The notes under the pieces were generated by a model that was given only the letters and a program-made list of their open reading frames with translations, had not been told where the DNA came from and did not search any database. From contig DAISER010000024.1 in NCBI GenBank assembly GCA_036815895.1, positions 1,248-39,312 of the forward strand: a stretch of 38,065 nucleotides of DNA, read 5' to 3'. This document shows positions 19,632 through 28,261 of the stretch, piece after piece (within the stretch, counting starts at the first letter, position 1; each line of letters begins with the position of its first letter). The position numbers and the translations under genes were made by a program. The stretch comes from Bacillota bacterium (GTDB lineage: Bacteria > Bacillota > Clostridia > Tissierellales > Sedimentibacteraceae).

Positions 19632-20644
19632 CACATTTCTCTTCCTACGGCTTTTGCTATGAGCTTTAATTTATCCATAAGAAGCTGAAATTTTTCCGGC
19701 TTTATGGACTGGTTTCCGTCGCACAGAGCATTTTCCGGGTCATTGTGCACTTCGATAAGCAAGCCGTCAGCTCCTGCTGCAACAGCGGCCAGAGCCAGCG
19801 GCTCCACCATCCACCATCTTCCGGTTGCATGGCTTGGATCAACAATTACAGGCAGGTGGCTTAATTTTTTTATTGCGGGAACAGCGCTTAGATCCAATGT
19901 GTTCCTTGTATAATTTTCAAATGTTCTGATACCCCGCTCGCACAGAATTACATTTTCGTTTCCGCCCAGCAGTATGTACTCGGCTGACATCAACAGTTCT
20001 TCTATGGTAGATGAGATGCCTCTCTTCAGCAATATTGGTTTACGGATTTTGCCGAGCTGCTTCAAAAGTTCGTAATTTTGCATATTACGGGCTCCGACCT
20101 GTATAATATCCACATTTTCAACATATTCATCAAGGTAGTCGGTAGACATTATTTCGGTTACTATGGGCAGACCGGTGTGTTTTTTGGCGTGCAGCAACAG
20201 TTCCAGTCCTTCTTTTTTAAGTCCCTGAAAACTGTATGGAGATGTTCGCGGTTTAAAAGCACCGCCTCTTAAAAACTTTGCACCTGATTTTTTAACTTCC
20301 TCTGCTATTGTCAATACCTGCTCTTTACTTTCCACGGAGCAGGGACCTGCCATTACGCATATTTCACTGCCGCCGATTGTCACGTCATTTACTTTGATTT
20401 TTGTATTGTCAGGATGAAACAGCCTATTTGCTTTTTTATATGGTTCCTGCACGAATATTACCTTGTCGATAGCTTTGTATGCTTCAAAAATCCCAGGGTC
20501 AATATTGCCGGTATCTCCGATTATGCCAAGAATATGATAATTCAATTCCTCGATATCGTTGACTTCAAATCCCATTTTATTAATTTTTTCTTTTATTATA
20601 TTTATTTCCTTTATATCTGCATCTTTATTTAAAATTAATAACAT
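19631..20644 (-). CDS. aroF: DAHP synthase, type I-beta with N-terminal ACT-like regulatory domain
   Basis: AGPCSVES, RGGAFKPRTSPY, LCERGIRTFE, VDPSH, EVH. Confidence 0.95.
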   Translation of the reverse strand: MLLILNKDADIKEINIIKEKINKMGFEVNDIEELNYHILGIIGDTGNIDPGIFEAYKAIDKVIFVQEPYKKANRLFHPDNTKIKVNDVTIGGSEICVMAGPCSVESKEQVLTIAEEVKKSGAKFLRGGAFKPRTSPYSFQGLKKEGLELLLHAKKHTGLPIVTEIMSTDYLDEYVENVDIIQVGARNMQNYELLKQLGKIRKPILLKRGISSTIEELLMSAEYILLGGNENVILCERGIRTFENYTRNTLDLSAVPAIKKLSHLPVIVDPSHATGRWWMVEPLALAAVAAGADGLLIEVHNDPENALCDGNQSIKPEKFQLLMDKLKLIAKAVGREM

Positions 20645-20673
20645 AGAGACCCCCAATTATTTGTCATGATTAA

Positions 20674-20701
20674 AATCTATCATAATATCACAGGATGTCA
20701 A
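20674..20701 (-). promoter_or_regulatory. Probable sigma-A promoter of the aro operon
   Basis: Minus strand TTGACA-N16-TAGATT with upstream TG. Confidence 0.5.
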
Positions 20702-20779
20702 TAGTTTTTTCAAGGCGGCGGGTATATAAATCAATGGAATAACCGGTGTTTTATTTGTGCTGTATACGCAAATAATAGT

Positions 20780-20808
20780 TTGCAGAATCATTGGTGTTAT
20801 GGTATAAT
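20780..20808 (+). promoter_or_regulatory. Sigma-A promoter of the SLH gene
   Basis: TTGCAG-N17-TATAAT with TGn extension. Confidence 0.65.
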
Positions 20809-20838
20809 TTATTAAAATATGGATGGGTAGGAGGTATT

Positions 20839-22686
20839 ATGAAAAGTAGTAAATTAAACAAAATATTATTACTGACCATTGTTCTTTCGCTGATATTTAC
20901 AATGACTGCAGAAGCTGCTGCATTTACGGATATATCAAGCCACTGGGCTAAGAGCTATATAGAAAGGGTTGCGGATAAAGGTCTGGTTGCAGGATATAAC
21001 GACAAGACATTTAAACCTGATAACAATGTGACAGTACTGGAATCACTGGTTATGTTATCAAGACTTTATGACATAGATGATGATTTAAGAGATGAAATTA
21101 TAGAAAAGTATAAACCTGCTTTAGAAGGCATATCTAATAAAAAAGGTTATGAGTGGTCTTTTGATTATCTCCCGATAATAATTGAGCTGGGAGTTGTATC
21201 CGAAAACGGAATCAAGGACATGTTTGCCAAGAAGACTATTTTCCAGGATGCAACAAGAGAGGAAATAGCTGTTCTTCTTACAAAAGCCATGATTCTGGGA
21301 GAAGAAGCACAGAATTTAAAAGTATATACACTGCCTTTTACCGATGCGGAAAAAATTTCAACCGCAGCAAGGCCATACATATATGTGATGTATGATAAGG
21401 AAATACTTCAAGGTGACAGCAAGAAAAATATTAATCCTACAAATAAAATAACAAGGGCTGAAATTTCTACGGTTTTGGACAAGGCGTATAATTATATTGA
21501 TAAACATGATATATACCCTGAATTTGCCGATTATGTGCCGACTACAGTGGCAGAAGGAGTTATTACCAAGCTGGGAGACGAAAAAAATGAGTCATACATA
21601 TATATCGAAAATAAAGGCGAAGACGAAAAAAATGTAAAGATAAATAGTAAGACTGAAGTATATGTTAACGGAAAAATAAAGAAATTTTCCGATTTGAAGG
21701 AAGATATGGTTGTGAAATGCAAGATCGATGAAAACAAATATGCGGTTAAAATCGAGGCAGACAGCAACAAGAAGGTTGTCAGAGGAACTGTTTATTATGT
21801 TGCTTATTCGGATCCGGCATCCATAACAATCTATAATAAAAAAGATGATAAAGTGAAATATGATGTTTCTTCCGACTTGAGTGTTTATCTTGACGGAAAG
21901 GAAATTGCCATGAGGAATCTGGAAAAGAAGGATGAAGTTACATTGCTTCTGAATAAGGATAAAGTTTATCAGGTTAATTCCGTAAGCAGGATTAAAGATT
22001 ATGAGGGAGAAATAACTTCCATTGATTATTCTTCTTATCCCATAAAGGTTTCAATCAAGACAAAGGACGGAATTGTCAAGACATTTGAATTTGACAGCAA
22101 TGTTGAAGTGACAAGAAATGAAAAGGAGTCAAGCTTCGACAGGGTAAGAGCCGGAGACGAGGCTAAAATTACAACAGAATATAATAAAATGATTAAAATA
22201 AACACCGTTGCCAAAGAAGCTGAAATGAGCGGTACAATCAATGAAATACTGATCGGACCGGTAAATAAGATTAAAATAGCGGATAAGAACGGAGAGGTTA
22301 AACAATATAACATAAGCAGCAATGCCGTAGTAATAATAGGAAACAAAAATGCATCAATTAATGATTTGCGCGTTGGCTACAACGTCAATATCAATACATC
22401 CGGTGACGAAATAGTTACAATTGAATCTTCTGAAATTCAGGCGGCAATTAATTTTACCGGAAAGGTAATTTTTATAAATAAAGACGATAAGATTTTAATG
22501 ATGCAGAGCACAAACAGAAGCGGTCAGTCAGAGCTGGTTTATTTAAAAATCACAAACAGCACAAAGATTTTCAACATATCAGGCGATACTAAGTATATAA
22601 AAGATATAGAAGAAGGTCAGAGCGTATTAAGCACCGCTATTTCTCAAGGCGGAGAATATGTAGCTGTAAGCATAATGATCCAGTAG
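20839..22686 (+). CDS. Secreted S-layer homology (SLH) protein with five C-terminal beta-rich repeats
   Basis: Signal peptide ending AEA; FTDISSHWAKSYI..GY.DKTFKPDNNVT, ATREEIA, ITRAEIS SLH motifs; ATG after GGAGGT. Confidence 0.88.
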   Translation: MKSSKLNKILLLTIVLSLIFTMTAEAAAFTDISSHWAKSYIERVADKGLVAGYNDKTFKPDNNVTVLESLVMLSRLYDIDDDLRDEIIEKYKPALEGISNKKGYEWSFDYLPIIIELGVVSENGIKDMFAKKTIFQDATREEIAVLLTKAMILGEEAQNLKVYTLPFTDAEKISTAARPYIYVMYDKEILQGDSKKNINPTNKITRAEISTVLDKAYNYIDKHDIYPEFADYVPTTVAEGVITKLGDEKNESYIYIENKGEDEKNVKINSKTEVYVNGKIKKFSDLKEDMVVKCKIDENKYAVKIEADSNKKVVRGTVYYVAYSDPASITIYNKKDDKVKYDVSSDLSVYLDGKEIAMRNLEKKDEVTLLLNKDKVYQVNSVSRIKDYEGEITSIDYSSYPIKVSIKTKDGIVKTFEFDSNVEVTRNEKESSFDRVRAGDEAKITTEYNKMIKINTVAKEAEMSGTINEILIGPVNKIKIADKNGEVKQYNISSNAVVIIGNKNASINDLRVGYNVNINTSGDEIVTIESSEIQAAINFTGKVIFINKDDKILMMQSTNRSGQSELVYLKITNSTKIFNISGDTKYIKDIEEGQSVLSTAISQGGEYVAVSIMIQ

Positions 22687-22694
22687 TATATAAC

Positions 22695-22721
22695 AAAAAG
22701 CATCTTTTAAGATGCTTTTTT
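22695..22721 (+). terminator. Intrinsic terminator
   Basis: AAAAAGCATCTT / AAGATGCTTTTTT. Confidence 0.8.
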
Positions 22722-22779
22722 GCTGATTACTTTAACTTATATATGAACTTCAGGTTCTAAATAATGAGGAGATGATTGT

Positions 22780-23751
22780 ATGAGAAAGACTTTAAAAATT
22801 TTATCGATGACAATTGTATATGCATTTGTTTTATCCGGCTGCACTATGCTTCCGGCATCACAGGAAACTGGAATAGGACCTGAGGAATATGCAGAAGTCA
22901 GAAACACGGAAAAGACAAAAAAAGAAAATGAAAGCTTGGCTGAAGAACGTGATAATCTGAAAAGCCAGTTGGAGAAGATGGAAAAGGATTATCTGGAGGT
23001 TGCCAAAAATAATGAAACAATGACCTCCAAACTTGAAGAAGCGGAAATGAAATTAAATATTCTTGAAAGCGACGGCATTCCAAGGTTTAATTCTGAAAAA
23101 AACGACAAGAATAGTATTGTGGCTTATTTGAACAACAATAAAAATATATTGGAAAAAAGCTTAAGAGGAATAGAAATGGTGGACAGTCCCGATGAAAGCA
23201 GCGTATTGTTTTATACCACAGGATACGGTGATAATTTTAATCAGCTGTTTGTCTGGAGTGCAGGAGAAAGCGAGCCTGTGTTAATAGACGGCGCTGCGTT
23301 TGAAAAGGCCGGAAGCCTTAATTGGATAAATAATAAATATATGCTCATTGATACCGGCAATGACGGTGGATATAAAATACTGGATAAAGACAGCAAGAAC
23401 ATCATCGGAACCTTTTATTCAAAACAAGATGTATATTTAATTCCGGAAACAGCAACTTTTATACTACAGAAGCCGGATACGGGCGTATTTGTTCTTTATG
23501 ATTTCATAAGTTTAAAGGAACAGGAAATTGATTTGGATTATAAAAACAAATATACAAGTTTTGAAACAGATGAAGAAAACAATAAGATTATATTTACGGG
23601 TATTTATACTGATGAATATGATACTTCCTATTCTGTTGAAGCCGTAATGAATATAGAAAAAATGAAAGAAAAATACAATGTTGTTACTTTGGAAAAGGCA
23701 ATTGAGATGAAAGAAAATAACGGTTCAAATAGTACCGAGGGAGTGGCATAA
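22780..23751 (+). CDS. Uncharacterised lipoprotein with N-terminal coiled coil
   Basis: Lipobox LSGC; GAGGAG RBS; heptad-rich segment then beta-rich domain. Confidence 0.8.
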   Translation: MRKTLKILSMTIVYAFVLSGCTMLPASQETGIGPEEYAEVRNTEKTKKENESLAEERDNLKSQLEKMEKDYLEVAKNNETMTSKLEEAEMKLNILESDGIPRFNSEKNDKNSIVAYLNNNKNILEKSLRGIEMVDSPDESSVLFYTTGYGDNFNQLFVWSAGESEPVLIDGAAFEKAGSLNWINNKYMLIDTGNDGGYKILDKDSKNIIGTFYSKQDVYLIPETATFILQKPDTGVFVLYDFISLKEQEIDLDYKNKYTSFETDEENNKIIFTGIYTDEYDTSYSVEAVMNIEKMKEKYNVVTLEKAIEMKENNGSNSTEGVA

Positions 23752-23783
23752 ACAACGGTAAGTTGAAACATAAGGAAGGTATA

Positions 23784-25004
23784 ATGAAATATGATGTTGT
23801 AATAATCGGCGCAGGACCTGCAGGGTTGTTCAGCGCTTTATCTCTTAACAATAAAAAAGTTCTGCTTATTGAGAAAAATAATAATCCCGGAAAAAAGCTG
23901 CTCATTTCAGGTGCCGGCCAGTGCAATTATACAAACAACTGCAGTATGAGCAAATTTCTAAAAAAATACGGAGACAAGGGCAGATTTTTAAAAGCTGCCC
24001 TTTATAACTTTACAAATAAGGACGCAATGAATTTTTTCAGGGAAAATGGACTGGAAAGCCTAATAAGGGAAGATGCCAAGGTATTTCCGATAACTCTCAG
24101 TGCTTCCGACATATTAAACGTGCTTGTGAGAAGCTGCAAGGAAAAAGGTGTTGAAATCATATATTGGGAAGCCGCAAAGCAGGTAACTTACGATGATGCT
24201 AACGATATGTTTTTAATTAAGACTGCAATATCAACATATGCGGCATCAAATCTCATAATTGCCGCAGGGGGCATGACGTATACGAAAACAGGCTCAACAG
24301 GAGACGGATATGCGTTGGCAGAAAGTTTTGGCCACAAAATTGTTGAACCTAAAGAAGCGCTCACACCTGTTTATGCGAAAAACTACAGTTTTAAAGAATT
24401 ATCGGGGATTTCTTTTGAAGATATTCAAGTTTCACTGTGGAGAGAAAATAAAAAAATAACAGAATTCAGCGGTGATTTCCTGTTCACGCATGTGAACATA
24501 TCGGGACCGGTTATTTTAAACAATTCCAGGTACTTTGAGAAGGGCGATATTTTAACAGTAAATTTCACATCATTTAAAAATGCCGAAGAGTTTAAAAAAT
24601 ATTTCGATGATTTAATAATAAGCTCCGGCAAATTAAATGTAAAAACAGTGCTGAAACAGCTGGTGCTGCCTAAGCGCTTCGTTGAAAAAATTATGGAACT
24701 TTCCCATGTCAGTGAAGATTCCACCTGCAGTATGCTGGACAAAAATAAAAGAAAGAATTTATGTGAGCTGATTTCAAACCATCCGTTCAGGGTTGAAAGG
24801 CTGGGCAGTGCCAACATTGCCATGGTAACCAGAGGCGGTGTTGCAACAGAGGAAATAAATTTTAAATCAATGGAATCAAAGATAGTTCCTCATCTGTATT
24901 TTGCCGGTGAAGTTATTGATTATGACGGCGATACGGGAGGATTTAACATACAGGCTGCATTTTCAACCGGAAGACTTGCAGCGGACAGCATAAATAAGCA
25001 ATAA
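23784..25004 (+). CDS. HI0933/YhiN/YtfP-family flavoprotein
   Basis: IIGAGPAG, GKKLLISGAGQCNYTN, TGSTGDGY, VTRGGV, GEVIDYDGDTGGFNIQAAFSTG. Confidence 0.92.
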   Translation: MKYDVVIIGAGPAGLFSALSLNNKKVLLIEKNNNPGKKLLISGAGQCNYTNNCSMSKFLKKYGDKGRFLKAALYNFTNKDAMNFFRENGLESLIREDAKVFPITLSASDILNVLVRSCKEKGVEIIYWEAAKQVTYDDANDMFLIKTAISTYAASNLIIAAGGMTYTKTGSTGDGYALAESFGHKIVEPKEALTPVYAKNYSFKELSGISFEDIQVSLWRENKKITEFSGDFLFTHVNISGPVILNNSRYFEKGDILTVNFTSFKNAEEFKKYFDDLIISSGKLNVKTVLKQLVLPKRFVEKIMELSHVSEDSTCSMLDKNKRKNLCELISNHPFRVERLGSANIAMVTRGGVATEEINFKSMESKIVPHLYFAGEVIDYDGDTGGFNIQAAFSTGRLAADSINKQ

Positions 25005-25028
25005 AAAAACCACCGAACGGTGGTTTTT
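25003..25028. terminator. Bidirectional intrinsic terminator
   Basis: A7-CCACCG-AA-CGGTGG-T5 between convergent genes. Confidence 0.88.
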
Positions 25029-25032
25029 GATT

Positions 25033-25779
25033 TTATAGTTTAAATCTTCCTTTTACAGCGTTCAATACTGCCGCTATGATTATTGAATACAATGGTATCA
25101 TAAAGAAATTACTCAGAATTCTTGCGGGAAGGAAAATAATGAATCCCTTTCCGTACAGAATTGACAGAAAGTAAGTGTTTAATATAATGGATGTTACAAG
25201 TTGTGTTGAACTTACCGTAAAGACGATTTTATTCATATTGAAATTGCTGTTGGATGAAGTTATTTTAATCGGAATAATTAAATATATGGCTACAAGTGTA
25301 AAAAATCCGATTATATAAACAGGATTCAACGGCTTACCGTCATACATAATGACTTTGTCAAAAGTCAGCAGACCGTTATAAATAAACACCGACACAAAAC
25401 CAACAGACAATAAAGAAATGAATATCGTATTAAGAAGATTGTAATTGATATCTTTCTTTATATGTTTATAAATCAGTCCCGGAATAAACCCGCTCAAAGC
25501 GCTCACCAGCGTAAATCCGGGAAAAAACGGACCGCCGGGTTTAACCATGAAATTGATGAGATCGGCAGCAGAACCGGCTATAAAGCCTGTCGCAGGTCCC
25601 AATATTATCCCTGAAAGCATCAGGGGTATTGAAGCGAAATTTATACGCAACGCAGGTATACCTGCCAATGGTATATAAATTTCAAAAACAACTTTTAAAA
25701 CCAGGCTCATGGCAATAAACAGCCCGGCCCTCACAATAGTCAGTGATGTAAATTTTTGTGAATCAGTATTACTTCTCAT
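25033..25779 (-). CDS. folT: ECF transporter S component, folate family
   Basis: LRINF, GIILGP..G..AG..ADLI, GPFFPGFTL..AL.G.I.G, LNTYFL..LYG; ATG after AAGGAGG; THF riboswitch upstream. Confidence 0.92.
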   Translation of the reverse strand: MRSNTDSQKFTSLTIVRAGLFIAMSLVLKVVFEIYIPLAGIPALRINFASIPLMLSGIILGPATGFIAGSAADLINFMVKPGGPFFPGFTLVSALSGFIPGLIYKHIKKDINYNLLNTIFISLLSVGFVSVFIYNGLLTFDKVIMYDGKPLNPVYIIGFFTLVAIYLIIPIKITSSNSNFNMNKIVFTVSSTQLVTSIILNTYFLSILYGKGFIIFLPARILSNFFMIPLYSIIIAAVLNAVKGRFKL

Positions 25780-25847
25780 ATATCCTCCTTTATTGAGCAA
25801 TAATACCTCCGCACAATATAGGAGAATAATTGTATAGATTCTCAAAT

Positions 25848-25938
25848 ACAGCGGAAGCGATAAGATACCGCAGACATAGTCTTTCGTTCAAGGGCTACAT
25901 CCCATCCCTTAACACTTGACGCATCTCATCTACTCTGT
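25848..25938 (-). ncRNA. THF riboswitch
   Basis: Minus strand ACAGAGUAGAUGAGAUGCGUCAAGUG..GAUGGGAUGUAGCC..AACGAA..GCGG..GCUUCCGCUGU follows the THF aptamer pattern; upstream of folT. Confidence 0.93.
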
Positions 25939-25952
25939 TTAATATGTCTAAA

Positions 25953-25981
25953 ATCATAGCACTTATTTTCAGATTTGTCGA
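25953..25981 (-). promoter_or_regulatory. Sigma-A promoter of THF riboswitch/folT
   Basis: Minus strand TCGACA-N17-TATGAT with TGn extension; start just before the aptamer. Confidence 0.75.
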
Positions 25982-26054
25982 TACCTTTTTTGTAAATATT
26001 TGTATGAGCGGGATTTAATTAATAACCGGCAGGCTGTATTTTTACCGCAATTCA

Positions 26055-26083
26055 TTCACAAAATACAAGCTATGTAGTATACT
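26055..26083 (+). promoter_or_regulatory. Sigma-A-like promoter about 400 nt upstream of fhs
   Basis: TTCACA-N17-TATACT. Confidence 0.55.
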
Positions 26084-26452
26084 GGAAGTATAAGTAATGC
26101 GGTAAAGCATCACTAAGCTAATAAATATTCATTGACCTTTTTAAAATTTTCGATGAAATTGTAGAAAATCCCAACGAAATGAATCGTTTTTTTTATTTTC
26201 TTTAAAATAATTACTTTTTCTGTTGAAATGCAGCTATTAATTTATGCTAATCTTGCGCATTTATATTCGAGTTAACGAATAAAAATAGTAAGTAGATGCT
26301 ACATTTTCTTTTATGGTAATTATTCCTCTTCTTTAAGATTTGTTTTTTATCTATAATTCCATCACAATCTGTCGGTGCTTAACTGCTGCCATTATTTTTT
26401 TGCTATATAATATAAAAAATATATGTGAGAGGTATTCCTAAACAGAAGAATA

Positions 26453-26461
26453 TGGTATAAT
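26453..26461 (+). promoter_or_regulatory. Extended -10 promoter proximal to fhs
   Basis: TGGTATAAT 31 nt before ATG; weak -35. Confidence 0.55.
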
Positions 26462-26492
26462 TGTATAAAAACATAAAGTACATGGAGGAATT

Positions 26493-28178
26493 ATGGCGCA
26501 AAAATTTTTAACAGATATAGAAATAGCACAGCAGGCAAAAATGCAAGTGATTAATTCTATAGCGGAAAAAGCGGGCATCCCAGATCAATATGTTGAGAAC
26601 TACGGAAAATACAAGGCAAAGATTGATTACAGATATCTGCAGAATGAATTAAAAACGAGCGAAGAAGCAAAACTCATACTTGTGACCGCAATTAACCCAA
26701 CACCGGCAGGAGAAGGAAAAACGACAACAACAATAGGACTTGGAGATGCACTTACAAGCATGGGAAAGAAAACAATCATTGCGCTTCGTGAACCGTCACT
26801 GGGACCTGTATTTGGAGTAAAGGGAGGAGCGGCAGGAGGCGGATATGCCCAGGTCATCCCAATGGAGGATATAAATCTTCACTTCACGGGAGATTTCCAT
26901 GCAATAGGAGCAGCCAACAACTTGCTTGCTGCCATGATCGACAACCACATACATCAAGGCAATGAATTGAACATTGACACAAGAAGGGTAGTGTGGAGAA
27001 GAGCAGTAGATATGAATGACAGGCAGCTTAGACACATTGTTGACGGCATGGGAGGAAAAGCCGATGGCGTTGTCAGAGAAGACGGATTTGATATAACCGT
27101 TGCATCCGAAGTTATGGCAATATTCTGTCTGTCAAACGACATAACAGAATTAAAAGAAAACTTATCAAAAATAATAGTTGCATACACCAGAAATGGTGAG
27201 CCTGTAACAGCAGGGCAGTTAAAGGCTCAAGGCGCCATGGCAGCACTTTTGAAAGATGCGTTGAAGCCTAACTTGGTACAAACACTGGAAGGAACACCTG
27301 CATTCATACACGGAGGGCCTTTTGCCAACATAGCTCACGGCTGCAATTCAGTCATAGCAACAAGAATGGCAAGTAAAATCGCAGATTATGTGATTACGGA
27401 AGCAGGCTTCGGAGCAGACCTCGGAGCTGAAAAATTTATTGATATTAAATGCCGCAAGACCGGATTAAAACCGAGCGCAGTAGTTATAGTTGCAACCGTA
27501 AAAGCGTTAAAATACAACGGCGGAGTTGCAAAAGCAGATTTGGCAGCTGAAAATCTCGAAGCACTGAAAAAAGGGATACCAAACCTGTTAAAGCATGCAG
27601 AAAACATAACGGATGTGTTTAAGCTGCCTGCGGTAGTGGCAATAAACAGATTCCCGACAGATACAGAGGCGGAACTTGAGCTGGTAAGGGAAAAATGCAT
27701 GGAGCTTGGAGTTAATGTAGCGCTCTCGGAAGTGTGGGGCAAAGGCAGCCAAGGCGGAACAGAATTGGCTGAAGAAGTAATAAGGCTTGCTGAAAAAGAA
27801 AGTAATTTAGAGTTTGCATATGATTTGGAAAAGCCCATAAAAGAAAAAATAAAAGCAATAGCAACAAAGCTTTACGGAGCTGATGATGTTGAGTTTTCTT
27901 CAAAGGCAAATAAGGAAATAGCAAACTTCGAAAAATTAGAATTTGGAGACTTGCCCATATGCATGGCAAAAAATCAATATTCGCTGACTGACGATCCAAA
28001 AATGCTGGGAAGACCGACAGGATTTAAAATTACTATACGAGATATAACAATATCAGCCGGTGCAGGATTCCTTGTGGCATTGACCGGAGACATAATGAAG
28101 ATGCCGGGATTGCCTAAAGTGCCAGCCGCAGAAAATATTGATGTCGATGTTGACGGAAAAATAAAGGGACTGTTCTAA
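26493..28178 (+). CDS. fhs: Formate--tetrahydrofolate ligase
   Basis: [45 protein letters not shown]. Confidence 0.97.
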   Translation: MAQKFLTDIEIAQQAKMQVINSIAEKAGIPDQYVENYGKYKAKIDYRYLQNELKTSEEAKLILVTAINPTPAGEGKTTTTIGLGDALTSMGKKTIIALREPSLGPVFGVKGGAAGGGYAQVIPMEDINLHFTGDFHAIGAANNLLAAMIDNHIHQGNELNIDTRRVVWRRAVDMNDRQLRHIVDGMGGKADGVVREDGFDITVASEVMAIFCLSNDITELKENLSKIIVAYTRNGEPVTAGQLKAQGAMAALLKDALKPNLVQTLEGTPAFIHGGPFANIAHGCNSVIATRMASKIADYVITEAGFGADLGAEKFIDIKCRKTGLKPSAVVIVATVKALKYNGGVAKADLAAENLEALKKGIPNLLKHAENITDVFKLPAVVAINRFPTDTEAELELVREKCMELGVNVALSEVWGKGSQGGTELAEEVIRLAEKESNLEFAYDLEKPIKEKIKAIATKLYGADDVEFSSKANKEIANFEKLEFGDLPICMAKNQYSLTDDPKMLGRPTGFKITIRDITISAGAGFLVALTGDIMKMPGLPKVPAAENIDVDVDGKIKGLF

Positions 28179-28261
28179 CTGCCCGAATTTAAATGTGACT
28201 GCTGTTTACATTCGGAGCAATGCTAAGGTTTTAATATAATTAAAGGATAGGAAGTGTATTA

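Noticed and set aside
26090..26490. ZTP (pfl) riboswitch or PurR box upstream of fhs
   Set aside because: The conserved GACUGG...CGCCUGGG elements and PurBox consensus were not found
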